A stretch of DNA of 64,000 nucleotides, from contig MFIM01000028.1 in NCBI GenBank assembly GCA_001780725.1, positions 10,368 through 74,367 on the forward strand. The letters are read 5' to 3'. The notes below the pieces were generated by a model that saw only the letters and a program-made list of their open reading frames with translations, made no database searches and was not told the DNA's origin. Each line of letters begins with the position of its first letter. Position 1 is the stretch's first letter. The translations under genes were made by a program, and so were the position numbers. Source of the stretch: Candidatus Giovannonibacteria bacterium RIFCSPLOWO2_02_FULL_45_28 (GTDB taxonomy: Bacteria > Patescibacteriota > Minisyncoccia > UBA11713 > 2-01-FULL-45-33). This document shows positions 18,364-27,076 of this stretch, piece by piece.

Positions 18364-20034
18364 ATGTCCAAGGAAAGAAAGGCGCGTTTTAGGACGCTTT
18401 CGGACATTGAACTGAAATCCGTATACGGGCCGGAGGATTTGCCGTATTTTAACGAGCTTTCGGAAGCGGCTAAAAGAGAAATTTTAGAAGCGCATGAAAA
18501 ACATTTCGGCGCCCCCGGAAAGCCCCCCTTTTTAAGGGGAATCTATGAATTGGGTTACCGCGCGCAGCTTCCTACAATACGACAATTTTGCGGCCGCGGC
18601 ACGGCGGAAGACACAAACGAGCTTCTGCATTATCTTATTAGTTTGGGCGAAACCGGCGTTTCAATTGCTTATGACGCGCCGACTCTTTATGCGCGCGATT
18701 CCGACAACGAAGATTGGTCTTTCGGGTATGTCGGTAAAGACGGGGTGGCTGTGGACACCTTCGCCGATTATAAGGATTTATTTCGCGGTATTCAAAGAGA
18801 AAAATTTGCCGTTTCGCAAACGATAAATTTGCCAGCCATTGTTTTTTTCTGTATGGATCTCCTGCTTGCCAAAGAGCAGAAAATAAACCTCAAAAAACTG
18901 CGTGGCACGATCCAGTCTGATATGCGCAAGGAGGCTATCGGCCAGAAAGCATACAGATTTTCTTTGACGCATGGCATGAGGCTTGAGGGGGATATGATGG
19001 AATTCGCGATTCGCAATCTGGATTTCGGATTTTATCCCGTCAATTCTTCCGGATACCACATGTCAGAGCAGGGCGCGTCTTCGGCGCAAGAGCTGACTTT
19101 TACTTTTGAAAACGCCTTTGTTTTGTTGGAATATTGTTTGAGCCGCGGCATGAACATTGATGACGTTGCCGGGCGGATGTCCTGCTTTTTTAACTGCAAG
19201 GGATTTTGGGAAGAAATTGCCAAATTCCGCGCGGCGCGGAAGATTTGGTACGAAACTATTAAAAGTGAATACGGAGCCAAAAATCCAAGATCACTCGCCC
19301 TTAAATTTCACGTCCAAAACTCCGGCGCGAGCTTCAAGCGGCAAGAGCCGCGTAACAATGTCATACGCGGCTCGCTGCACTACCTGGCGGCTTTTTTGGG
19401 GGGAGCGCAGTCAATCCACCTGAATTCGTGGGATGAGGAGATGGCTTTGCCGAGCGTGGAAGCAGTCAAAGAAGCTATCCGAACACAGCAAATTGTCGGA
19501 GAAGAAATGAACATCGCCGACGTGGTGGATGCGGTTGGCGGAAGTTATTATTTGGAATGGCACACCCGCGAGATAGAGCGGCGCGTAAAAGAATATTTTG
19601 GCATCATAGACAAACTTGGCGGAATGCAACGCGCAATAGAGCTTGGTTATCCGCAGCTTGAAATCAAAAAAACTTCCTTGGCGGAGGCGGAGCGGACGAA
19701 TCAAGGCTCGCCGGAAATTGTTATCGTCGGCGTCAACAAGCATTTTGATCTGGCATCGGCCGAACGCGAAGAAAAAGAAATCTTTGACAAAATGATCCGC
19801 GTCCCGACGCTGGAAACACATCAAAAGCAAAAAGAGCGCTTGGCTAAAGTAAAGAGGGGGCGCGACGAAAGGGTGGTTGAAAAATGCCTTAAGCGCCTTG
19901 CTGACGAAGCGCGCGGAGGTGGCAATTTGGTGGAGCCAGTCACGGAAGCGGTGGGATCTTACGCAACGGTGGAGGAAACTATGATAAAAACCCTGGAACC
20001 TGTTTTCGGCCGCTGGCGCGGTCCGGGAGATTAG
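18364..20034 (+). CDS. AdoCbl-dependent acyl-CoA mutase large subunit, isobutyryl-CoA mutase-like
   Basis: PFLRGIY, RQFCG, GTIQSD..KE...Q, SGYH, GGAQS.H.NS.DE. Confidence 0.85.
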   Translation: MSKERKARFRTLSDIELKSVYGPEDLPYFNELSEAAKREILEAHEKHFGAPGKPPFLRGIYELGYRAQLPTIRQFCGRGTAEDTNELLHYLISLGETGVSIAYDAPTLYARDSDNEDWSFGYVGKDGVAVDTFADYKDLFRGIQREKFAVSQTINLPAIVFFCMDLLLAKEQKINLKKLRGTIQSDMRKEAIGQKAYRFSLTHGMRLEGDMMEFAIRNLDFGFYPVNSSGYHMSEQGASSAQELTFTFENAFVLLEYCLSRGMNIDDVAGRMSCFFNCKGFWEEIAKFRAARKIWYETIKSEYGAKNPRSLALKFHVQNSGASFKRQEPRNNVIRGSLHYLAAFLGGAQSIHLNSWDEEMALPSVEAVKEAIRTQQIVGEEMNIADVVDAVGGSYYLEWHTREIERRVKEYFGIIDKLGGMQRAIELGYPQLEIKKTSLAEAERTNQGSPEIVIVGVNKHFDLASAEREEKEIFDKMIRVPTLETHQKQKERLAKVKRGRDERVVEKCLKRLADEARGGGNLVEPVTEAVGSYATVEETMIKTLEPVFGRWRGPGD

Positions 20035-20067
20035 CTTCGTGGCAAACTCTAGACAAGGAGGTAAAAA

Positions 20068-21174
20068 ATGAAGTACCCGAAAATTCTTTTGATAAAGCCG
20101 CCCCTAGACGGGCACGACAGGCCAATTCACGATCTGATAGTTCTTTTAAGAAAATATAATATTGACTCTGTCTGGCCTGGATTGCAGCAGTCTTGGCCGC
20201 AGATTGTAAAGACCGCTGTTGAAGAAGATCCGGACGCGATAGGAATTTCTGTTCACACGGGCGACCCGGTCGCGCTTCTCGGGCATCTTAAAACAAAGTT
20301 TGATGAAGCGGGGCTGGGAGAAAAAATTTTGGTTGCCGGAGGCAGCGGAGAAATAACATTTCCCGACGTGAGAGAAAAGTTAAGCGCAATGGGATTTAAA
20401 GTGTTTCTTTCCGCAACTTCGCACGAAGAAATAGCGAAGTACATTTTGGAAAGGTTTAAAGAAAAAGAAAGAAAGCGGCAAAGCGAGTTTGTGGTGCAGA
20501 GCGCAATTTCGCGAAATATTTTGGCTTCGGCAATCACTCACCAAGAGCGCGGCGCCTTGATTTTACAAATTCCGATTGAAAACAATTCAAAAACCGTAGT
20601 ACTGGGCGGTCCGACTGGCGCCGGAAAAAGCAGTATCTTGAATGCTGTTTTGGAGCGCTTCGGAAGGCACGGAACGAAAATTGCTGTTTTTTTGTGCGAT
20701 CCGCGCGGACCTAAAATAAAAGGCGCTTTTTTGGGTGACCGGATTGTGTTACAGGACCATACTTTAAACGAAAACATTTTCATCCGTAGCGTTTCGCAGT
20801 TCGGAAATTACAGCAAGAAACGTATTGCGTTCCTTAAAAAACTTGCGGACCTAGCAAAACATTGGGGAGCAAAGGTCATTTTTTTTGAAACGATTGGGTT
20901 GGGGCAAGAGGCATCTCTTGCGATAAAAACAATGGCAGATCTTTTTTTGTGGGTTGCTTTGCCGAACGAAACAGACGATGTGCGGCTTATGAAAGGCGGC
21001 GCGCACGAAATGGCTGATGCGATTTTGCTGAATAAAATTGATCAAGAGCCGGCTTTCCGCGCAGAACTCGCGCTTAAAGAACGCTTTCAAAAACCGTATT
21101 TTCCGGTATCGGCAACAACTGGCGTCGGCATAGATGACTTTTGTAAATTCTTGGAAGAAAAAATGAAAGCCTAG
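20068..21174 (+). CDS. Cobalamin-binding domain fused to MeaB/ArgK GTPase
   Basis: DGHDR (DxH), P-loop GPTGAGKS, LGDRI, ETIG, NKID. Confidence 0.85.
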   Translation: MKYPKILLIKPPLDGHDRPIHDLIVLLRKYNIDSVWPGLQQSWPQIVKTAVEEDPDAIGISVHTGDPVALLGHLKTKFDEAGLGEKILVAGGSGEITFPDVREKLSAMGFKVFLSATSHEEIAKYILERFKEKERKRQSEFVVQSAISRNILASAITHQERGALILQIPIENNSKTVVLGGPTGAGKSSILNAVLERFGRHGTKIAVFLCDPRGPKIKGAFLGDRIVLQDHTLNENIFIRSVSQFGNYSKKRIAFLKKLADLAKHWGAKVIFFETIGLGQEASLAIKTMADLFLWVALPNETDDVRLMKGGAHEMADAILLNKIDQEPAFRAELALKERFQKPYFPVSATTGVGIDDFCKFLEEKMKA

Positions 21175-21266
21175 GCTTTCATCCCGCAGTATGCGGGATC
21201 ATTGCCAAAGCAATGAAAAAGTCGCCTTGATGGGCGGCTTTTTTGTTGCACTAATCCAATTTAATT

Positions 21267-21668
21267 TTACTTGGTAGGCAAAACTTCCACAATTTCGTAA
21301 CCGCTTTCTCCTAGAAAGAAAGACATTATTAACCACTGTCTGTATTTGAGGCGAACCCTTGTTCCTTTTTGTGCTGCATTTTCAAGCTTTTGCAACACAT
21401 CTGTCCGGTCTTTTGAGACGCTGAAGTTAAATGGCTCTTGCAGAGCGCTTTGCGACCCCTGTCCGGGCTGCAATTGGCCTTCGTGCGTTTTAAAAGTTAA
21501 GCCTTTATAAGACAGCTTTGTAACATAACCAACCCGTTCTCCGTTGGAATAATTTGGCATCAAGCCAATTGGCGATGCTAATCGCACAATTACGGAAACG
21601 AACACAGCAATAATCACCACCACAACAATCAGCTCAATTAACGTAAAACCATTGTTTTTTGGCTTCAT
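21267..21668 (-). CDS. Prepilin-type N-terminal cleavage/methylation protein
   Basis: NNGFTLIELIVVVVII followed by a YSNGERVG..KLSYKG..KTHEG domain. Confidence 0.75.
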   Translation of the reverse strand: MKPKNNGFTLIELIVVVVIIAVFVSVIVRLASPIGLMPNYSNGERVGYVTKLSYKGLTFKTHEGQLQPGQGSQSALQEPFNFSVSKDRTDVLQKLENAAQKGTRVRLKYRQWLIMSFFLGESGYEIVEVLPTK

Positions 21669-21783
21669 TCTTTGTTTCTCCTTCTGCCAAGAAAGATAAC
21701 ATAGTAGTCAATACTTTGTCAATAGTGCGTTGTAAATTACAAATGCTATATTGTTTGCAGAAATTAAGGAGGACGAATTGACG

Positions 21784-23316
21784 ATGAGACTTTTGGAAGA
21801 GCATTTTCAGATAAGAGATTTGGTAAGAATGAGAATGGCTGATTTAGATCCTGCTGGAAAAAAAATTCAGGACGAGACAAAGAATATTTCCGAAATGATC
21901 AAAAAATACGAGCGGCATAACGCGCCGTTTGCGTGGCCGTTTGTCAGAGAAATGGCGGGGCTCGGGCTTTGCGGCATAAATATTCCCGACGAATACGGCG
22001 GCGCCGGAATGGACAATCTTTCCGGAGCAATCGCGATGGTTGAAATGTGCAGAGTTTGGCCCGGCGGAGCATTGATTTTGGGAGTCGGCAATTCATTGGT
22101 TGGCGATCCCCTATTCAGGCTCGGGAATGAAGCGCAAAAAAAGAAATGGCTACCGAAACTGGCCGTTGGAAAAATTTTGGGATCGTTTGGTCTTACCGAA
22201 CCAAATCATGGATCAGACGCCGCGCATATTGAAACTTACGCCGAGCTGGTTAGCGGAGGGTTTTTAATATCCGGAGAGAAATGTTTTATCACAAACGCTC
22301 CTGTCGCGAAATTTCTGATTGTTTTTGCGAGAACCGATCGCTCTATCAAAGACCACCGCGGCGTTTCCGCGTTTTTGATTCCGGTAATGCGCGTGGACAA
22401 GAAAAGCGGAGCGCTTAAAATCGGAAAACCAGAACAGAAATTGGGGCTTCACGCTGCTCATATGGGTTCGGTCGTGTTTACCAACTTGTTTGTGCCGGAA
22501 AGCTGCCTTTTGGGCCAACTCGGGAATGGTTTTGGCAAAGGGGCTATGGCAACTCTTAACCATGGCCGTAACTGGATTGCCGCGCAAGGAACTGGAATTT
22601 TGGACGCTGTTGCACAGCTTTCTTTAAAACACGCGCAGAACCGCACGGCCTTCGGCGGGCCGATCATTGTTCGTTCCGGAGTCGGCGACCCAATTGTCAA
22701 AATGGCCATGGCAGCAGACATTTCCAGAATTTTGCTTTTTTATTCCGCTTGGCTGGAAGACCAAGGCGCCGAATTTTCTCATTACGCTTCGCTTGCAAAG
22801 CTGTTTTCATCGGAAAAGGCGTGGGGGATGGCGCACGAAGCCCAGCGAATTTTCGGCGGATCAGGATATCTTGCGGAGATGGAAGTTGCAAGATTCGTTC
22901 TTGATTCTTTGCCGTTGGATATTTACGAAGGCGCGTCAAATGTCCAGAGAAGCAATATCGTGCGTGCTTGGGTGGATGGAAAAATTTCTTTTAACACCCC
23001 GCCGTTTTATAAGCAGGAAATTGACAACCAGAAAGAGCGTGTTGTAAAACAGTTGGGAGAAAAAAGCGCGTTGTTGCTGGAAGACCAGCGTTTGCCCTTT
23101 GAAACTGCGGATATTCTGCCGTGGTTGGTTGCCAAAGACTTGATTCAGACAGAATTTAGCGAAAGCTGGCCGAAAGAATTTATGTGGTTCAAAAACCCGT
23201 CTTTGCTCGTAGCACTTATTCACGAACAAATCAAAAAGGATTTGCATGGCGCCGTTGAGCGAAATGGCAGTCTTTGGACTGAAGCGAAAGAACACGTTAA
23301 AACGGCCGCCTTTTGA
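21784..23316 (+). CDS. Acyl-CoA dehydrogenase with C-terminal extension
   Basis: LTEPNHGSD, GEKCFITN, FGGSGY, IYEG (catalytic Glu). Confidence 0.92.
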   Translation: MRLLEEHFQIRDLVRMRMADLDPAGKKIQDETKNISEMIKKYERHNAPFAWPFVREMAGLGLCGINIPDEYGGAGMDNLSGAIAMVEMCRVWPGGALILGVGNSLVGDPLFRLGNEAQKKKWLPKLAVGKILGSFGLTEPNHGSDAAHIETYAELVSGGFLISGEKCFITNAPVAKFLIVFARTDRSIKDHRGVSAFLIPVMRVDKKSGALKIGKPEQKLGLHAAHMGSVVFTNLFVPESCLLGQLGNGFGKGAMATLNHGRNWIAAQGTGILDAVAQLSLKHAQNRTAFGGPIIVRSGVGDPIVKMAMAADISRILLFYSAWLEDQGAEFSHYASLAKLFSSEKAWGMAHEAQRIFGGSGYLAEMEVARFVLDSLPLDIYEGASNVQRSNIVRAWVDGKISFNTPPFYKQEIDNQKERVVKQLGEKSALLLEDQRLPFETADILPWLVAKDLIQTEFSESWPKEFMWFKNPSLLVALIHEQIKKDLHGAVERNGSLWTEAKEHVKTAAF

Positions 23317-23331
23317 CAAGGCGGCTATTTT

Positions 23332-23598
23332 TTATTTACGATAAATATCTTTTCTGTGCCGGACTTCCAGCAATAAAATTATTTCGTTATCAATGATTCT
23401 GAAGATACACCTATAATCGCGGCCGATCCTAAAAGCCAAAAAGCCCTCCAATGAGCCAGTGAGATATTTAGTATGAAGCAGTGGATGATAAAAGTTTTCT
23501 TCCAATAATTTTAAGAGCTTGGCCAAATGTTCAAGCTCTCTATTTTCGAGTTTGTTGGCAGATTTTTGAAAGGCGGAGCCGTAAATAAGCGCTGGCAC
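23332..23598 (-). CDS. RelE/YafQ-type toxin
   Basis: HPLLHTKYLTG, FRIGRDYR, HRKDIY. Confidence 0.85.
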   Translation of the reverse strand: MPALIYGSAFQKSANKLENRELEHLAKLLKLLEENFYHPLLHTKYLTGSLEGFLAFRIGRDYRCIFRIIDNEIILLLEVRHRKDIYRK

Positions 23599-23601
23599 AA
23601 T

Positions 23602-23826
23602 TTACTTTATTGATCGGACGTGCTTAATAAAATTTTCTGGCGCTGTAAATCTATATAGTTTTTTGGGCCTTTCTGCGGCCAGCCTTAAAATTCTGCGTAC
23701 AAAAGACGGTTTATACTCTCCTTCGGGATCGCGGAGCACTAAAAGAACCGCGCTTTTTAAAAACTCTGTTTCTTTGCGCAATTCTTTTACCTCGTGATAA
23801 ATTTTTTCCGCGGTTTGGATAGTCAT
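23602..23826 (-). CDS. Putative antitoxin
   Basis: 74 aa, DPEGEYKPSFV motif, upstream of the toxin. Confidence 0.7.
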   Translation of the reverse strand: MTIQTAEKIYHEVKELRKETEFLKSAVLLVLRDPEGEYKPSFVRRILRLAAERPKKLYRFTAPENFIKHVRSIK

Positions 23827-24106
23827 ATGCCTTTTATACTATCTTACTCGCCCCAAACTGTCACTATTGACAAGATTAGCGGTTGGGTGTATACTTGAAA
23901 CAGAAAATTTGATAGAAAAGGGGGAGGATAATATGACAAACACGCGCTATGGTATGGCTTGTTTGATCGGCACGTTATAAATAATGCTCTCAGTTATTTT
24001 TAAGGGGGTGTTAATTTGTAGATTTTTTCTAAATATTTAGTTCGTTAAGAATCATATATTCTTTGCTCTTTGAATTTCTTATTGTTATAAATATATTTCA
24101 TATTAT

Positions 24107-24136
24107 TCCCCCCTTAAGGTAAGGGGGTTAGGGGGG
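24107..24136. repeat. REP-like CCCCCTTA..TAAGGGGG palindrome
   Basis: cccccttaaggtaagggggttaggggg downstream of the NYN gene. Confidence 0.5.
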
Positions 24137-24162
24137 TTATGAAATGTAAGAGGGGGGCGTTA

Positions 24163-24669
24163 TTACTTTTTAATAATGTATTTCCCCGGCTCTTCGCCCA
24201 AATCCACGAATTCGTCCACGGCTTCTTTGAGTTTGCCGGAAGAAGATCTGCCGAAAGCAATGACTTCCACGCGCCTGCCCTGATTTTTCAGATATTCAAC
24301 AAGAGGAATAAAATCACCGTCGCCGGAAGCGATGACTATCGTGTCTACAATCTCTGCTGTGCGGATAGCATCAACCGCGAGCCCCACATCCCAGTCCGCT
24401 TTTTTTGCTCCGCCAAAAAACTCCTGCAGCTCTTTTTCCCTGGTTTCAATTCCGAGCTTGATTAGCGCTTCAAAAAACGGCTTTTCCTCGCCGGTTTTGG
24501 TGCTGATTACGTATCCGAAAGCGCGGATAAGCTGCCTCCCGCCTACCGCCGTCGCCAAAAGATTTTTAAAATTTACTCTCCCCCCAAAAAGGCTCCGCGC
24601 GGAGTGGTAAAGATTCTGCGCGTCAATGAATACGGCTACGCGCTGATTTTTATGTTTGATATCTGGCAT
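24163..24669 (-). CDS. NYN/LabA-DUF88 PIN-domain protein
   Basis: FIDAQNL, DWDVGLAVD, SGDGDF. Confidence 0.9.
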   Translation of the reverse strand: MPDIKHKNQRVAVFIDAQNLYHSARSLFGGRVNFKNLLATAVGGRQLIRAFGYVISTKTGEEKPFFEALIKLGIETREKELQEFFGGAKKADWDVGLAVDAIRTAEIVDTIVIASGDGDFIPLVEYLKNQGRRVEVIAFGRSSSGKLKEAVDEFVDLGEEPGKYIIKK

Positions 24670-24670
24670 T

Positions 24671-24937
24671 TTATTTTCTAAGTCCTAGTTTTTTAATCAA
24701 TTTTTCGTAACTCGCTTTATTTTTTTTCTGAAGATACTCCAAAAATTTTTTTCTTTTGGAAACCATCATCAAAAGCCCCTTTCTGGAGTGGTTGTCTTTT
24801 GGGTGTTTTTTGAGGTGGCCGGTTAGCTCATCAATTCTTTTGGTCAGCAAAGCCACCTGCACCTCCGCGGAGCCGGTGTCTTTGTCGTGGACCCTGTGCG
24901 CCTCCACTATTTTCTTTTTGTCTTTGGTTTTAAGCAT
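24671..24937 (-). CDS. rpsO: 30S ribosomal protein S15
   Basis: [24 protein letters not shown]. Confidence 0.98.
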   Translation of the reverse strand: MLKTKDKKKIVEAHRVHDKDTGSAEVQVALLTKRIDELTGHLKKHPKDNHSRKGLLMMVSKRKKFLEYLQKKNKASYEKLIKKLGLRK

Positions 24938-25002
24938 ACACTACTAATTACCAATTTATACTAATATACGGATAATATCACAAGATGTGATAATATCAAA
25001 AT

Positions 25003-25860
25003 GTGGAAAATGTCGCAAAATTAAAAAAAGAGTTTCTGGAGTATCTAGAGATAGAAAAGGGAAGATCGGTTAAAACCGTTGAAAATTATGACCATTATCT
25101 AAAGAGGTTTTTTGAGTTCGCGAAAATCGGTTCTCCCGAAAGTATTACCGAAGATTTGGTGCGCAAATACAGGCTTTATCTGAACCGCGCCGATTTGGAT
25201 AAGCCCACCCAGAATTACCATGTTATTGCGCTCCGGATGTTTCTTAAGTATCTGTCTAAAAGAAATATTGAGTCGCTGGACGCCGAAAAAATTGAGCTCG
25301 CCAAATTGCCCCAGAGAGAGCTGGACTTGTTAAGTTCGGAGGATTTGGAAAGATTGCTTGCATCTCCGACTGGCAACTCGCCAAAAGCTTTGCGCGACAA
25401 GGCAATTCTTGAGATGTTTTTTTCAACCGGACTTCGGATTTCGGAGCTTTGCGGATTAGCTGTTGACGACATCAATCTCAAGCGCGGTGAGTTTTCGGTG
25501 CGCGGGAAGGGCGGGAAAATCAGGGTGGTTTTTTTGTCGGATCGCGCTAAGAGCGCATTGGCTAATTATTCAGAAAAGGGGGGCGTGGTTGATGATGAGC
25601 GATTATTCAGCATGACTCCGCGTTCAATTCAAAGAATGATAAAAAAATACGCCGTTGCGGCCGGTATCACCAAAAAGGTCACACCGCACGTTCTGCGCCA
25701 CGCATTTGCCACCGATTTACTCCAAAATGGCGCGGATTTGCGCTCCGTCCAAGCCATGCTCGGCCACGCCAACATTTCCACTACGCAAATCTACACACAT
25801 TTTACGGATAGACAGTTAAAAGAAGTGCACAGGGCGTTTCATGGGAGGAGGAGAAAATAA
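25003..25860 (+). CDS. Xer-family tyrosine recombinase
   Basis: TGLRISE, GKGGK, HVLRHAFAT, LGH, TTQIY. Confidence 0.93.
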   Translation: MENVAKLKKEFLEYLEIEKGRSVKTVENYDHYLKRFFEFAKIGSPESITEDLVRKYRLYLNRADLDKPTQNYHVIALRMFLKYLSKRNIESLDAEKIELAKLPQRELDLLSSEDLERLLASPTGNSPKALRDKAILEMFFSTGLRISELCGLAVDDINLKRGEFSVRGKGGKIRVVFLSDRAKSALANYSEKGGVVDDERLFSMTPRSIQRMIKKYAVAAGITKKVTPHVLRHAFATDLLQNGADLRSVQAMLGHANISTTQIYTHFTDRQLKEVHRAFHGRRRK

Positions 25861-25955
25861 AAAGAAAACCCCGTTCGCGACATTGTTGTCGGAACAGGGC
25901 GACCCGATGGGCCTTTGCAGATTTTTGAGGCCGTCTCGGCGGGAGATTTGGCGGG

Positions 25956-26519
25956 TTAGGCGGCTTTCTTGCGTATCGCAACTTGCTTCCTAAGATAAGC
26001 TATTTCGGCGGTTTTTTCTTCTTTGACCTCTTTAGCTGTTTTCTGCGGCTTAGTGAGATCCGGCAAATTGGTCGCCGCAATCACTTTTAGAAAAATCTCG
26101 AAAGCTCCGTGATCGGCGTTGGCCAACTTGCTAAGCCGCGGAAATCTTTTAGACCACCGCCAATGATCATTTTCGTCCGGCGGGTTAAGATCTATCCGCA
26201 GGTCAAATGAGTCCACCAGAAACGCCTTGCAAACTATCTCGGAAGTTTTGGTTCTGGGCAATTTCAGAAACATCACCATTCTTAGCGTTGCCGTGTCGAT
26301 GAACTCTCGCGCCTCCTTCTCGCTTTCCAACGAGTAGGCTTTGGCGAGGAGAGTGTCGAACACCGACTGCTCATCCGGATCTGTGTGCACACGGCCGCGG
26401 CGATCAACATGGCTGTATGCGCCGTGCCGCACGGAGCTTTTCAGATCCGGATTAGTCAGCGGTCCCTCATCCTCTCTGCTCTCATATCCTTCTTCCTGAA
26501 AATCAATCTCTGGAATCAT
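25956..26519 (-). CDS. Hypothetical protein
   Basis: 187 aa ORF with AAGGAG SD. Confidence 0.7.
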   Translation of the reverse strand: MIPEIDFQEEGYESREDEGPLTNPDLKSSVRHGAYSHVDRRGRVHTDPDEQSVFDTLLAKAYSLESEKEAREFIDTATLRMVMFLKLPRTKTSEIVCKAFLVDSFDLRIDLNPPDENDHWRWSKRFPRLSKLANADHGAFEIFLKVIAATNLPDLTKPQKTAKEVKEEKTAEIAYLRKQVAIRKKAA

Positions 26520-26549
26520 TGTATTCTCCTTCTCCCGCCGAAGCGGGAA

Positions 26550-26774
26550 TTAGTGGGTTGCACTGGAGATGATGGGTATATCATCGAGGTCGTCAATTAT
26601 TTCTAGCAGGTCAATATTTATCGGTGCAATGAATTTTCCGAAACGAACCATTGCGTCTCCGGTCTCGTCTGCCCCGACGATCTCCCCTTCGGTGTCGGCC
26701 GCAATTTGCAAAAAACGCACATTCTGTGAGCCCGAAAGCTCGCAGGTTAACATCACCTTCGTTCGTGCTAACAT
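26550..26774 (-). CDS. Small hypothetical protein
   Basis: 74 aa ORF with AAGGAG SD downstream of a consensus promoter. Confidence 0.6.
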   Translation of the reverse strand: MLARTKVMLTCELSGSQNVRFLQIAADTEGEIVGADETGDAMVRFGKFIAPINIDLLEIIDDLDDIPIISSATH

Positions 26775-26801
26775 AGCTTTCTCCTTTTTATTTCAAATTT
26801 T

Positions 26802-26911
26802 TACTGCCCCCTCAAGGGCCGCGAGCGGCCGATTTGTGAGTGCTATGTCTTTATTATTTATAAAATGACATTTGATGCACCTCGGCACTCGCAGTCCTTG
26901 AAGAGGCAGTA
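26802..26911 (-). other. ~110-nt imperfect hairpin in 5' leader
   Basis: 24-nt outer arms TACTGCCCCCTCAAGGGCCGCGAG / CTCGCAGTCCTTGAAGAGGCAGTA plus inner stems. Confidence 0.65.
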
Positions 26912-26930
26912 TTTAGCTTATTCTGCCTCA

Positions 26931-26959
26931 ATTATACTCCTTTTTTAGACACTTGTCAA
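26931..26959 (-). promoter_or_regulatory. Consensus sigma70 promoter
   Basis: TTGACA-N17-TATAAT on the minus strand. Confidence 0.8.
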
Positions 26960-26995
26960 GTGCCGTTGACAATGCTATAATAGGCCTAAATGTAA

Positions 26996-27067
26996 GCCCT
27001 CGTGGTGAAACGGATATCACGCATGGCTTCGGACCATGTGTTCCCCGTTCAAATCGGGGCGAGGGCG
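26996..27067 (+). tRNA. tRNA-Arg(TCG)
   Basis: Acceptor GCCCTCG/CGAGGGC, anticodon arm CATGG-CTTCGGA-CCATG, T-loop TTCAAAT. Confidence 0.9.
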
Positions 27068-27076
27068 CAAATACAA

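Noticed and set aside
18364-20034. Annotation as methylmalonyl-CoA mutase
   Set aside because: The specificity residues are Phe/Gln rather than Tyr/Arg.
23990-24105. AT-rich tract as a replication origin
   Set aside because: No DnaA-box cluster or dnaA/dnaN nearby; it is short and more likely decayed intergenic DNA.
25003-26774. Tyrosine recombinase near tRNA-Arg as a prophage or integron integrase
   Set aside because: It looks like a chromosomal Xer (next to rpsO, no evident IntI insertion); no phage genes, att duplication or attC array were seen.
27002-27076. N-terminal extensions of cca (and of parB 51612, dprA 59982, rluA 44385, lipoyl protein 16018)
   Set aside because: They overlap tRNAs or neighbouring genes; downstream ATGs match the family starts.
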